A DNA stretch of 62,046 nt, the filler included, from Actinomycetota bacterium (lineage in GTDB: Bacteria; Actinomycetota; Acidimicrobiia; IMCC26256; VFJJ01): NCBI GenBank assembly GCA_009886115.1. It is 4 parts of 4 records of this genome, joined end to end, with 100 filler letters (N's around TTAATTAATTAA, not from the genome) between each part and the next. Parts side by side here need not be neighbours in the genome. Positions count along the whole stretch, not along the records: positions 34,944 to 49,905 come from VFJJ01000088.1; 3 more parts are not named here. One strand, given 5' to 3'. A program made the translations under genes and the position numbers. Each line of letters starts with the position of its first letter. Position 1 is the stretch's first letter. The notes under the pieces were generated by a model. The model saw nothing but the letters and a program-made list of their open reading frames with translations, was not told where the DNA came from and made no database searches. Shown here one piece after another: positions 39,248 through 49,110 of this stretch.

Positions 39248-40243
39248 TCAGCCGTCGGGCTCCTCGGATACGTCGACGGGATCGTCGGAGCGTGCCGCCG
39301 CTTGGGCCAGGTGGACCGTCCCCGTGACACAGCTGGGAAGCTCGGCGCAGAACTTGCAGAGCCCGTTGCCGCGCTCACGAGGGGCCCGCCGACGGGCCCG
39401 CAGCGCCTCGATCCGGTCGATCCCGTCGACAACCCGCCGGGCCGCGGACTCGAGCAACGCGACTGTGACGTCCTCGACGACCGGCTCCCCCGACTCCGGG
39501 TAGTAGCTCACGAGGCGAAAGGGCGGGACGCCCCGTACGAGGGTCTCCAGCAGGGCGTAGAAGCGCAGGTCCTCACGGTGCTCGGCCCGCACCCACCCGG
39601 TCTTGAAATCGACGATCAAGGCCCGAGCCATGGTCCCCCGAGCCGTGCCCACGACCAGGTCGGGCTTGCCGTTGAGCGTCACCCGGCCACCGGCCAGGCG
39701 AGCCCGGAGCCGGTACTCGACCTTGGGATCCCATCGGGTGGAGAGCACGGGCCAGTCGCTCGTGAACGTCGAGACCAGCAGGCCGACATCGCGGACGAGG
39801 TCGTGGTGGTCGTCGGGGCTGAGCCCCCCGAGGAACTCCTGGCACCATCGCAGCTCGGGGCTGCCGGTGGTGGCGCAGTACTCGACCGCGGCGCGAGCCC
39901 GCTCGAGCGGGGGCAGCGGTTCCGGGGAGTTGATCGTGCGTTCCAGCGCCCGATGGAACACGGTCCCCCGGACGTTGGCCAGCGACACGATGAACGGGGC
40001 ATCGGACGAGAACCGCCGTTCGCACGAGAACACCGTGCCGAGGTCGTGCTTCGAGACGGCGATGGTGTCGGCCGGATCGAGCCGATCGACGACCGGGGCC
40101 AGCGAATCCTCGAGGTGGGCGCGCAGCTCCTCGACGAGCGAGGCCTCGAACCGCGGGCGGTCCTGCCCCCACCCCAGCACGTCACGCCGGATCCGGGCCG
40201 CCTGGGGGCCTTCGTGCTCAGCGGGGTCTGTCACATCGGTCAT
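39248..40243 (-). CDS. PD-(D/E)XK (RecB/AddB/Cas4-like) nuclease family protein
   Basis: GKPDL...VDFKTG...LRFYAL; N-terminal Cys (FSCERR) plus CKFC.....C. Confidence 0.85.
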   Translation of the reverse strand: MTDVTDPAEHEGPQAARIRRDVLGWGQDRPRFEASLVEELRAHLEDSLAPVVDRLDPADTIAVSKHDLGTVFSCERRFSSDAPFIVSLANVRGTVFHRALERTINSPEPLPPLERARAAVEYCATTGSPELRWCQEFLGGLSPDDHHDLVRDVGLLVSTFTSDWPVLSTRWDPKVEYRLRARLAGGRVTLNGKPDLVVGTARGTMARALIVDFKTGWVRAEHREDLRFYALLETLVRGVPPFRLVSYYPESGEPVVEDVTVALLESAARRVVDGIDRIEALRARRRAPRERGNGLCKFCAELPSCVTGTVHLAQAAARSDDPVDVSEEPDG

Positions 40244-40367
40244 CGGTCGTCGATCCTCGGCGACAACTCTGCCAGACTCGACCAGACTCGACCAGCTCGC
40301 GATTCCCTGCTCTGGGTGGGCTGAGACGCCACCGGAGGGTGCCGTGAGTACCGGCGGAGTCCGGTCC

Positions 40368-41417
40368 TCACTCGGCGATGACCCTCGCCATCACCCCGCC
40401 ATCGCCACGGTAGGCGGTCATCTTCTCGAAGAAGAGCTCGCCCATCGGGTCCTCGTCCTGCATGCGCATCGAGCCTCGCCAGCAGGTCCACAGGTTGGGC
40501 GCCAGCTCCTCGGCCCGTTGGAAATGCGCTCGGGCGAGCTCGGCCCGCCCCTGCTCCCACAACCAGCGGCCGAGCCCGAACTCGGCCCGGGCCAACTGGT
40601 CGGCCTCGGTGGGCACCCGCAGGTGCCGGTCGACCGCGTCCCGGTCGAGGGCCGGCGTCTCGCCGCGGACCCAACGCCGAAGGGCGGTCTTGTGCACCTC
40701 GGCGTCGACCCCCGTGAAGTCCTGGAACATGTTCGAGCCGAACGCCACGTCCTGGGGACGCACGATGAGGCCCTCCTCGTCGATCCAGAACACCGTGGGG
40801 ACGTTCTCGACGTGGTACAGGTCGGCGATCGCCCAGGTGGTGTCGATCAGGCTGGGGTGGCTGGGCGAGGCGGCGTCGATCCACTCCCGCGCGTCGTCGG
40901 CGGTCCGCTCGAACGCGACGGTGATGACCACGAAGCCGAGCTCACGGAGCTCCTCGAACATCTCCTGCCACACGGGCAGGTCGTAGCGACATCCTCACCA
41001 CGAGGCCCAGGCGACGAAGAACACCTTCTTGCCCCGGTGCTCGGACAGGCTGTGCTGGCGGCCGGCGAGGTCGGGGAGGGTGAACTCGGGCGCCACCTGC
41101 GAGCGCAGCATCGCCGCCCGATCGAGTGCAGCCTCGCCCAGGTACGCAGCCTTGGCCTCGGCGTCGACCACCAGCGGACGCCCCAGCAGGTCGGCCACGC
41201 CCACCAGGTCGACGGTGCCGTCGGGCCCGTCGATGGCTGCCGCATCGCGCACCGGCACGCACACCTCGCCCCGGCACAGCCCCTCGGGCCGACGGTGCCA
41301 GCCGACGGCCGTCTCCAGCACCGCGGGCTCGATCAGGACTCGGCCCCCGGAGACGCGGGCGTCGATCGCCGAGACGCCATCGCCGCGTATCAGGCTGAGC
41401 AGGGACATCTGAACCAT
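40368..41417 (-). CDS. TlpA/AhpC-TSA-like redoxin, probable selenoprotein (in-frame UGA at 40997-40995, residue 141 of 349)
   Basis: ORFs 40995..41534 and 40368..40973 are in frame: APEFTLPDL.G..HSLSEHRGKKVFFVAWASW-U-GCRYDLPVWQ...NVPTVFWIDEEG; GGAGG RBS before ATG 41417. Confidence 0.8.
40956..40994 (-). promoter_or_regulatory. Bacterial SECIS-like hairpin
   Basis: Directly after the UGA: GGAUGUC/GAUGUUC lower stem, CCUGCC/GGCAGG upper stem, loop CGUGU beginning 20 nt after the UGA. Confidence 0.65.
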
Positions 41418-41493
41418 GGGCAGGCCTCCGGTGTGAGGCCCCCACGGTCGCATACGAGCATCGGGGACGCCAATGGCTCGTCGTGGCCCGACG

Positions 41494-41676
41494 TCAGGCG
41501 GCGTGCGACTCGTGCGGAGATGACAGCGGCCCACGATCGCTCAGGTCACCGAGATCGTCGAAGAGGACCGACGCCGCGGCCCAGCGGTAGATGGCGACCA
41601 ACAAGGGCAGGCCGAGCATCAGCACGGCTCCCCTCACGAGCCACGCCCACTCTGCTGCGCTTGATAGCCAACCCAT
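41494..41676 (-). CDS. Small putative membrane protein (60 aa)
   Basis: GGAGG RBS, ATG, one hydrophobic segment. Confidence 0.45.
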   Translation of the reverse strand: MGWLSSAAEWAWLVRGAVLMLGLPLLVAIYRWAAASVLFDDLGDLSDRGPLSSPHESHAA

Positions 41677-41951
41677 GACTGCCTCCGGCCCGTGATGTTC
41701 CCGACGACGATGATCGACCGCCCACTCGTTGGGGTCCGACGTGGTTGAGACGCCCATCCCCCCTCGTTTGGTTTCGCGAACTTTCTCGAACGTTGCACGA
41801 GATCCGTGTCGGTCGACCGACAGATGACGAGAGACCCGGGCCGCCGTCCAGATACACCGATTCCCGTTGGCGACGCTTCGTCGGGGCGGTCGAGCTCGAG
41901 AGCCGGCCGTACACTCGCCCGGTGGGGGGTGTCGGCACCGAGGCTCGAGAG

Positions 41952-43589
41952 ATGCCTCGTCATCTCAAGCTGGTCTTCGCCGGGCTCCTGACCGGGCTGT
42001 TCCTCGCGGCCCTCGACCTGCTCGTGGTGGCCACGGCCGTGCGCCAGATCGCCGGCGACCTGGGTGACCTCGGGTCGGTCTCGTGGATCTTCACGGCCTA
42101 CCTGCTCGGCCTCACCGCCACGATGCCTCTGTACGGCAAGCTCGGCGACCTCTACGGCCGCAAGCGCATGTTCCAGTTGGCCATCGTGATCTTCATGCTG
42201 GGGTCGATCCTCGCCGGCCTGAGCGGCTCGATGCTGCAACTCATCGTGTGCCGGGCGCTGCAGGGCCTCGGCGGTGGCGGCCTGATGACGCTCCCCGCGG
42301 CCATCATCGGCGATCTCGTCCCGCCGCGCGAACGGGGCCGGTACACGGGTCTCACCAGCTCGGTGTGGGCGGTGTCGAGCCTCATCGGACCATTCGTCGG
42401 CGGCTTGTTCGTCGACCACCTCTCGTGGCGCTGGGTGTTCTGGGTCAACGTTCCCACGGGTCTGCTGTCGTTGACCCTGATCGCCGCCGCGCTGCACCTG
42501 CCCGATCGCCGGCTCGGGCACGACATCGATTGGCTGGGCGCCATCCTCATCCCGGTCGCCGTCTGCCTGATCCTGCTCGTCACGACGCTCGGCGGCGACG
42601 AGCTGGCCTGGGACTCGAACGGGATCATCGTCCTCGCCGCCGCCGCAGTCGGTGTCACCGCGCTGGCGCTGCGGGTCGAGGCCAGGGCCCGGGAACCGAT
42701 CCTGCCGTTGCACCTCTTCCGCAACGGGATCGTGCGGGCCTGCGCCGGAGCCACGTTCTTCCTGGGCCTGGCGAACTTCGGCATGGCCATCTTCGTTCCG
42801 TTGTTCCTGCAGGTCGTCAACGGCCGCAGCCCCACCGTCGCCGGGCTCGGCTTGGCCCCGATCAGCCTCGGCATCCTGGTGTCGTCGACGATCACCGGAC
42901 GGATCATGACCGCCACCGGTCGTTACCGCTGGGCGCCGATCCTGGGGGCGGGGCTGTTCACCGCCGGCTGCGTGATGCTGACCCAGTGGACTGCCGAGAC
43001 GCCACTCGCCCTTCAGCTCCTCTCGACGGCAACCTGCGGCCTCGGCACCGGCATGCTCTCGCCCATCGTGCTCATCGCGTCGCAGAACGCCGTGTCACAC
43101 CGGGAGCTGGGCACGGTCAGCTCGCTCGTGACGGTGAGCCGGTCGATGGGCCAGGCGATCGGATCCGCGGTCATCGGAGCCGTCTTCGCGGTCAGGCTCG
43201 ACCATTGGATCGGCGTGCTCGCCGCTGGCGACGACCTGGGTGCGATCTCCGCGAGCGACCTCAGAGCCAACCCGGCCAAGATCGACGAGCTCGGAGCGGT
43301 CGCCCACGCGCACATCGTCGAGGCCTTCGAGCGGGCCATCACGAACGCCTTGTGGGTCGCGGTGCCGATCGCGGCCGGGGCGATCGTCTGGGCCCTGTTC
43401 ATCGGCGAGGCCCCCCTCCGCGACGACAACGACGACCGATCCGACACCGTCAACCGGGCCGTCGTCAACGAAGGAGTGTCGCCCTCGACGTCGCCCGAAG
43501 TCGCCGAGATCAGCCTGCCCACCGGCACGCGCGACAAGCGCATCCTCGAGGACCGCTCCTGGCGCGACAAGACCAGCTGCATCGAGTGA
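41952..43589 (+). CDS. DHA2/EmrB-QacA MFS efflux transporter
   Basis: LAALD, YGKLGDLYGRK, RALQGLGGGG, WRWVFWVNVP, EPILPL.LF. Confidence 0.93.
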   Translation: MPRHLKLVFAGLLTGLFLAALDLLVVATAVRQIAGDLGDLGSVSWIFTAYLLGLTATMPLYGKLGDLYGRKRMFQLAIVIFMLGSILAGLSGSMLQLIVCRALQGLGGGGLMTLPAAIIGDLVPPRERGRYTGLTSSVWAVSSLIGPFVGGLFVDHLSWRWVFWVNVPTGLLSLTLIAAALHLPDRRLGHDIDWLGAILIPVAVCLILLVTTLGGDELAWDSNGIIVLAAAAVGVTALALRVEARAREPILPLHLFRNGIVRACAGATFFLGLANFGMAIFVPLFLQVVNGRSPTVAGLGLAPISLGILVSSTITGRIMTATGRYRWAPILGAGLFTAGCVMLTQWTAETPLALQLLSTATCGLGTGMLSPIVLIASQNAVSHRELGTVSSLVTVSRSMGQAIGSAVIGAVFAVRLDHWIGVLAAGDDLGAISASDLRANPAKIDELGAVAHAHIVEAFERAITNALWVAVPIAAGAIVWALFIGEAPLRDDNDDRSDTVNRAVVNEGVSPSTSPEVAEISLPTGTRDKRILEDRSWRDKTSCIE

Positions 43590-43710
43590 CGATCTGTCGC
43601 GACGGGACGGGACCGGACGGGACCTCCCCTGCTCGACCCGCACGGGTCGGCCTGTCGCTGACGGGCGAAGATCACCCCTGAGCGACAGGTGCTCGAAGAG
43701 TGAGCCGACT

Positions 43711-44649
43711 TCAGGTGCTGGCGGCGAATGCGCCCTTGAGTGCGGCGGCAGCTTCGAGCTGGGCGACGCGGGCCTGGTCGAGGGCCAGCTCCATGCCGAA
43801 GAACCCGTGGATCATCCCGTCGTAGCGGGTGATCGTGCAGGCGACGCCGGCAGCCTGGAGCATGCGCCCGTAGTCCTCGCCCTCGTCGCGCAGCGGATCG
43901 AACTCGGCGGTGATCACCAATGCCGGCGGCAGTCCTGTGAGATCGGCCGCCCGGGTAGGCGAGAACCACCGGTGCTCGAAGTCGGCGGGGGACGCCGCGT
44001 ACTGGTCGCTGAACCAGCCCATGGCGTCCTTCGTGAGCATGTAGTCGGTGCCGTTCTCCTTGTACGACGGACGGCCGTCCTCGGGAACCCCGGTGACCGG
44101 ATACACCAGGAGCTGGAACGCCAACGCCGGTCCACCGAGCTCCTTGATCATCAGCGGCACCACGGCTGCCAGGTTCCCGCCGGCGCTGTCACCGGCGACG
44201 GCGATCCGACTCGAGTCCCCACCGAGCTCGCCCGCATGGGCGCCGACCCACACCGTGGCCGCATGACAGTCGTCGGCCGCAGCCGGGAACCGGTGCTCGG
44301 GCGCCAGGCGATAGTCGACCGAGACCACGATGGCACCGGTGTCGAGCGCCAGCTGGCGGACGCTCTGATCGTGCGAGTCGAGATCGCAGATGACCCAGCC
44401 GCCACCGTGGAAGAACACGATGACCGGCGCCGGGTGCGCGGTCTCGAACGGCCAGTAGATCCGCACGGGGATGGTCCCGGTCGGGCCGGGGATCGTGCGG
44501 TCTTCGACCCGGTGCAGCGGATGGGGCGTCACCGGCACCGCGTTGGCCGCCATCATCGCCCGCAGCTCGGCGGCCGGAACCTTGCCCCACGGGATCGGGG
44601 CTGCGGCCATCATCTCCAGCAACACCACGGCTTGCGGATCAAGGGGCAT
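43711..44649 (-). CDS. HSL-family alpha/beta hydrolase (esterase)
   Basis: HGGG, YRLAPEH, GDSAGG, DPLRDEG, HGF. Confidence 0.95.
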   Translation of the reverse strand: MPLDPQAVVLLEMMAAAPIPWGKVPAAELRAMMAANAVPVTPHPLHRVEDRTIPGPTGTIPVRIYWPFETAHPAPVIVFFHGGGWVICDLDSHDQSVRQLALDTGAIVVSVDYRLAPEHRFPAAADDCHAATVWVGAHAGELGGDSSRIAVAGDSAGGNLAAVVPLMIKELGGPALAFQLLVYPVTGVPEDGRPSYKENGTDYMLTKDAMGWFSDQYAASPADFEHRWFSPTRAADLTGLPPALVITAEFDPLRDEGEDYGRMLQAAGVACTITRYDGMIHGFFGMELALDQARVAQLEAAAALKGAFAAST

Positions 44650-44766
44650 GCGGCCTCCAAGTGCGGGCGACGCCGGACGAGCCGACGCCGGGGCGATCGA
44701 GGACGGCATTCTGCCGCCGACGCGGCGGTTCTGCCATGCGAGCCGACCCCGAGCCGCCCTCTTGAC

Positions 44767-45321
44767 TCAGTCGTCGGCCGGCCCCTCCGACCTGACCTTG
44801 TGCACGTGCACGAGCGCCTCCTGGAGGTCGCGGATCCAGTCGCTCTGATGACGGCCCACGAGGCGGACACACCACGCGAGCGCATCGCTCCGTGAACGGG
44901 CCACGCCAGCCTCGACGAGCGTGTCGAGGGCGATGCGCTCGGGTTGGCGCAACCGGGTCATCACCGGGACGCTCACCGTCGTGAAGGTCGTGCGGGCCCC
45001 ACCCGAGTCGACGGCCCACGACACCCGCCGCCCGAAGAGCCCCTGGGCCTCGTCCGCCACCGCCATCCTTCCGGATCGGGTCTCTTCGCGGAAGCGCTTG
45101 ATCCATGCGGCCCGCACGATGTCGGGCAGGAGATCGGCTGCGGCTGCCGGGGCGTCCGGAGTCCCCGGAGTCGCCGGAGTCGCCGGAGTCGCCGGAGGGT
45201 CAGCGAGCGTGCCGGCGACGAGGATCTCCTCGGCGTCGACGACGGTCTGGACCGGCCCCACGAACCAGGTCGACGGGATGCGTGCGTTGAACCATGCCTC
45301 TACTGCTTGTATGTCTGTCAT
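44767..45321 (-). CDS. Conserved actinobacterial hypothetical protein
   Basis: EEILV.G, FREETR, PVMTRLRQPER..LDTLV.AGVARSRSDALAWCV; 9-bp PAT repeats. Confidence 0.75.
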   Translation of the reverse strand: MTDIQAVEAWFNARIPSTWFVGPVQTVVDAEEILVAGTLADPPATPATPATPGTPDAPAAAADLLPDIVRAAWIKRFREETRSGRMAVADEAQGLFGRRVSWAVDSGGARTTFTTVSVPVMTRLRQPERIALDTLVEAGVARSRSDALAWCVRLVGRHQSDWIRDLQEALVHVHKVRSEGPADD

Positions 45322-45398
45322 ATTTCAAGATTACATGATTACAGTGCAGAGCACAAGATCCCCGGTCGGCCCGTCCCAACCGGCCAAGCTGTGGGGCA

Positions 45399-46562
45399 AT
45401 GCACATCTGGATCGACACGCCCGCCGCGCTCACCGACCTCATCGCCCGGCTCTCGTCCGAGCCCCGCCTGGGCATCGACACCGAGTTCCACAGGGAGCGC
45501 ACCTACTACGCCCAACTGGCCCTGGTGCAGATCTCCTGGTCGGACGGGATCGCGCTCGTCGACCCCTTGGCGCTCGACATCGCTCCCCTCGGACCTCTCT
45601 TCGACGATCCGGGACGGACGATCATCTTCCACGCGGCCGAGCAAGACCTCGAGGTCATCCAGCGCGCCTGCGGCACGATCCCGGCTCGAATCTTCGATAC
45701 CCAAGTCGCAGCTGGGTTCGCGGGCTTCTCAACCCCCTCGCTGGCGTCGCTCGTCGAGCGTCTCCTCGGCGTCCGCCCGGCCAAGGGCGACCGGCTCAGC
45801 GACTGGATGCAGCGCCCGCTCGACGAGGCGCAGTGCACCTATGCCGCAGCCGACGTCGAGTTCCTGCTGGCGCTCACCGACGAGCTCGTCTCTCGGCTCG
45901 AACGCTCGGGGCGTCTGGCGTGGGCCGCCGACGAGTGCGAGCTCCTGCGTACCAAGGGCCGGGGCTCGGCCAACCCCGATCGCGCCTGGTGGAAGATCAA
46001 GGACGCCCGGTCGCTTCGGGGTCGGGCTCGGTGCGTGGCCCAGTCGGTCGCCGCGTGGCGCGAGCGCCAGGCCATGACCATCGATCAACCGGTGCGGTGG
46101 GTGCTCCCCGATCTGGCGCTGGTCGCCATCGCTCAGCGGCCGCCCCGCGGCCTCGACGAGCTGCGGGCGATTCGGGGACTCGACGGGCGCTACCTCCGCG
46201 TCGGAGCAGGGCGCGCCCTGCTCGACGCCGTGAAGGAGGGCCAGGCGCTCCCTGACGAGCGCCTCGAGGTTCCCGTCGTGGAGGACGACATCGACCGACC
46301 GCTGCGGCCCGCGCTGGCGTTGATGACGGCGTGGGCGACACAGCGTGCCGGCGAGCTCGATCTCGACCCGACGCTGCTCGCCACCCGCGCCGACCTCCAG
46401 GGCTTCCTGCGAGACGACGGCGGCTCGCGCCTGCACCTCGGGTGGCGCAACGAGATCCTGGGCGCCGACCTCCAGGCGCTCGTCGACGGTGCCGTCGCGA
46501 TCTCGTTCGAACGCGGACGAGGTCTCGTGATGGCGCCCCGCCCGCCGGCTCCTTCGAGCTGA
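45399..46562 (+). CDS. rnd: Ribonuclease D with HRDC domain
   Basis: DTEFHRERTYY, FHAAEQD, FDTQVAA, DW..RPL, YAAADV. Confidence 0.93.
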   Translation: MHIWIDTPAALTDLIARLSSEPRLGIDTEFHRERTYYAQLALVQISWSDGIALVDPLALDIAPLGPLFDDPGRTIIFHAAEQDLEVIQRACGTIPARIFDTQVAAGFAGFSTPSLASLVERLLGVRPAKGDRLSDWMQRPLDEAQCTYAAADVEFLLALTDELVSRLERSGRLAWAADECELLRTKGRGSANPDRAWWKIKDARSLRGRARCVAQSVAAWRERQAMTIDQPVRWVLPDLALVAIAQRPPRGLDELRAIRGLDGRYLRVGAGRALLDAVKEGQALPDERLEVPVVEDDIDRPLRPALALMTAWATQRAGELDLDPTLLATRADLQGFLRDDGGSRLHLGWRNEILGADLQALVDGAVAISFERGRGLVMAPRPPAPSS

Positions 46563-46618
46563 CCGTCCCCGGCCACCGACTCAAGGACCGGCGCGTTGCT
46601 GCGCTGCCTTCAGTGCGT

Positions 46619-47650
46619 TCAGATTCCTTGGGGGGGATAGTCGACGACCTCGTCGGTGGCGATCTCGGGGATGGGCGCGGCACCGAGACCGGCGGTCCCT
46701 GAGAGCCCGACGGGAGCAGGCGAAGCGGCGACTGTGGCGTCGCTTTCAGCGCTCTCAGCGCTCGCCAGAGGGGAGTCGGCCGTTGGCGTGGCCGCGACCG
46801 TGGCTTCACCCGCACCCGGTTCGACGGCCGAGCTCGACGGAGTCGCGAGTGTCACCGCAGCAGACGCCACCTCGACCAGACCGTCAGCACCCTCGACGTC
46901 GGAACCCAGCGGCGACTCGCCATCCGGCTGTTCGGCGCCCGAAGCACCGGTCGATGCCTGGGCGTCAACGGGGTCGGCGCCAGCAGTGTCGACGGCGTCG
47001 GCCGGATCTTCGACGACCGCGGTGATCTCCACCGGCTGCGGTGCGGGACCGTCGTCGTTCGAGCCGCCGAGCGCCACGAACCCGACCGTCGCTGACGTCG
47101 CGAGGATCGCGGCGGCGAGGCCGATCGAGGGGGCTCTGCTCATGACCCGCCAGAGGTTGGTGGCGTCGCGCTCGCTGCAGCCCATGATCTCCATCAGCCG
47201 CGACACGACCACCGACTCGTCGAGGCTCAAGAGCTCTGCGAGCGCGACGGCGTCGGCTTCCCTGAGGGTGAACTTGGCCCGGGATCCGGCCGAACGGGCC
47301 TGGCGGACAAGCTCGACGAAGAGATGCAGCGCCTGATCGTGGCGCAGCATCGCGCTGGCCGCGGCGCGCGAGTCGCCGACGGCCCGGGTCTCGGAGCCCA
47401 CGGTGACCGTCCGGTGCACCATGTCGACGGCGGGGAGCTCCCGACGGGGAACCAGGTCGCCGGCATCGATCCCGTAGACCTCCAGCAGCGTCCGCAGATG
47501 TTGCACCGACGGCTCGGCCTTGCCCCGCTCGTAGTCGCCGAGCAGTGCCGTCGTGATCCCGGCCCGCTGCGCGGCGTGGCGGGTCGACAGACGAGCCGAC
47601 CGGCGGGCGTCGCTCAGGATCTCCCCGAAGCGCTTGCCCGGGATTCCCAT
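46619..47650 (-). CDS. XRE-family HTH protein with TM segment and low-complexity tail
   Basis: N-terminal HTH (LS...AA.RAGIT...LGDYERG..EP), hydrophobic segment, acidic/Ala-rich C-terminus. Confidence 0.65.
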   Translation of the reverse strand: MGIPGKRFGEILSDARRSARLSTRHAAQRAGITTALLGDYERGKAEPSVQHLRTLLEVYGIDAGDLVPRRELPAVDMVHRTVTVGSETRAVGDSRAAASAMLRHDQALHLFVELVRQARSAGSRAKFTLREADAVALAELLSLDESVVVSRLMEIMGCSERDATNLWRVMSRAPSIGLAAAILATSATVGFVALGGSNDDGPAPQPVEITAVVEDPADAVDTAGADPVDAQASTGASGAEQPDGESPLGSDVEGADGLVEVASAAVTLATPSSSAVEPGAGEATVAATPTADSPLASAESAESDATVAASPAPVGLSGTAGLGAAPIPEIATDEVVDYPPQGI

Positions 47651-47729
47651 GCTCAAGATGTCGTCAACGGAAGCCATCACGAAGGGCCATCGACCACTTC
47701 AACGCGAGCCTTGAGCCCGGGCCCGCGGG

Positions 47730-48323
47730 CTATTCGGCTCGTGAGAGCGCGTGCTCGACGAGCATGATCAGGGACTCCTTGGTCGAGGTCCGCTCCCGGG
47801 CGTCGCAGAACACGAGCGGGACGTCGCGAGGGACCGAGAGGGCCTCCCGAATCGCCTGTTGCTCGTGGAACTGGAGCCCGTCGAAGCAGTTGACCGCCAC
47901 GATGTACGGCAGCCCGAGCTGCTCGAAGTAGTCGACGGCGGGGAAGCAGTCGGCGAGTCGACGGGTGTCGACGAGGACCACGGCCCCGATCGCGCCGCGA
48001 GCGAGGTCGTCCCACATGAACTGGAACCGGGCCTGTCCCGGCGTGCCGAACAAGTAGAGGACGAGCCCCCCGCCCAGCGAGATGCGCCCGAAGTCCATGG
48101 CGACCGTGGTGTGGGTCTTGGTCTGGACCTTCGAGGTGTCGTCGACCCCCGTGCTCGCCGAGGTCATGGCGGCCTCGGTCGTGAGGGGGTTGATCTCGGA
48201 GATCGAGCCCACGAAGGTTGTCTTGCCGACGGCGAAGCCGCCCGAGATCACGATCTTGACTGGTTGCAACGGCTCATCGCCGGCGGCAGGGGCGCCGCGA
48301 TCGTTAGAGGTCTCGAATCCCAT
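47730..48323 (-). CDS. Conservon small GTPase (CvnD-like, ATP_bind_1)
   Basis: GGFAVGKTT, TTVAMDFG, LFGTPGQ.RF.FMW, N.FD, DAR. Confidence 0.93.
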   Translation of the reverse strand: MGFETSNDRGAPAAGDEPLQPVKIVISGGFAVGKTTFVGSISEINPLTTEAAMTSASTGVDDTSKVQTKTHTTVAMDFGRISLGGGLVLYLFGTPGQARFQFMWDDLARGAIGAVVLVDTRRLADCFPAVDYFEQLGLPYIVAVNCFDGLQFHEQQAIREALSVPRDVPLVFCDARERTSTKESLIMLVEHALSRAE

Positions 48324-48678
48324 GGAGCACCCTTTCGAGAAGCGCCTGGTTCGGGCGGTCCGTCCGGCCCTTGTGGACGTCGACGAGGCCCTGCTCGCTC
48401 ATGTCTGTGACAAGAACCCTGGCCACGCCGAGAGGCACGCCCAGGTGTACTGATACCTCTGCGACCGAGAGCGGTTCCTCGCACATCTCGGCGATCGTCC
48501 GGTACTCGAGTTGCAGCTTCGGTCCGACCTCCCGACCCCGGGCGCTCGTACGGACGAGCGTCTCGATCGGAAGGTCACTGGCCCCGCTCCGGGTCCGCCC
48601 CCCCGTGAGGGCGTAGGGCCTGACGATCCGCATCTGCGGAGGCTCGTCGGGCCGGTCGGGTGTGGCGCCAGCGGTCAT
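48304..48678 (-). CDS. DUF742 protein (CvnC-like)
   Basis: VRPYALTGGRT, SVAEVS.HL..PLGVARVL. Confidence 0.92.
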   Translation of the reverse strand: MTAGATPDRPDEPPQMRIVRPYALTGGRTRSGASDLPIETLVRTSARGREVGPKLQLEYRTIAEMCEEPLSVAEVSVHLGVPLGVARVLVTDMSEQGLVDVHKGRTDRPNQALLERVLHGIRDL

Positions 48679-49097
48679 CGCGGGAGCGCCGCCTGGAGCT
48701 CGGCGCGAAGCTCGGGCGTGAGCACGGTGCCGGTACGTTCGACCAGCACCGCCATCTCGTAGCCCACGAGCCCCACGTCGCAGCCGGCATCAGCCACGAC
48801 ACACAGGCACGAGCCGTCGCTGATCCCGCTCACGAACAGGAACAGCGCCTCCATCTCGATGATGATCTCGTTGACGGCGCCGCCCTGGAAGCGCGCCGCA
48901 GTTCCGTACGCCAGGCTGATGAGCCCGGAGGCGACCGCAGCCAGTCGATCGGCGTCCTCCCGGGTCAGGCCGTCAGATGTCGCGATCGCCAAACCGTCGG
49001 CCGAGACGACCACGGAATCGAGAACGCCAGGGACCTCGCGAACGAAGCTCTGGACGAGCCAGTTCAGGTTGCGGGCGCTGTGACTCAGTTCGTTCAT
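48675..49097 (-). CDS. Roadblock/LC7 protein (CvnB-like)
   Basis: LNWL..F...VPGV...VVSADG, LAAVASGL, DVGLVGYEM. Confidence 0.93.
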   Translation of the reverse strand: MNELSHSARNLNWLVQSFVREVPGVLDSVVVSADGLAIATSDGLTREDADRLAAVASGLISLAYGTAARFQGGAVNEIIIEMEALFLFVSGISDGSCLCVVADAGCDVGLVGYEMAVLVERTGTVLTPELRAELQAALPR

Positions 49098-49110
49098 CTG
49101 GACTTCCTCG

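Noticed and set aside
39248..40243. CRISPR-associated Cas4
   Set aside because: No array or other cas genes anywhere in the window
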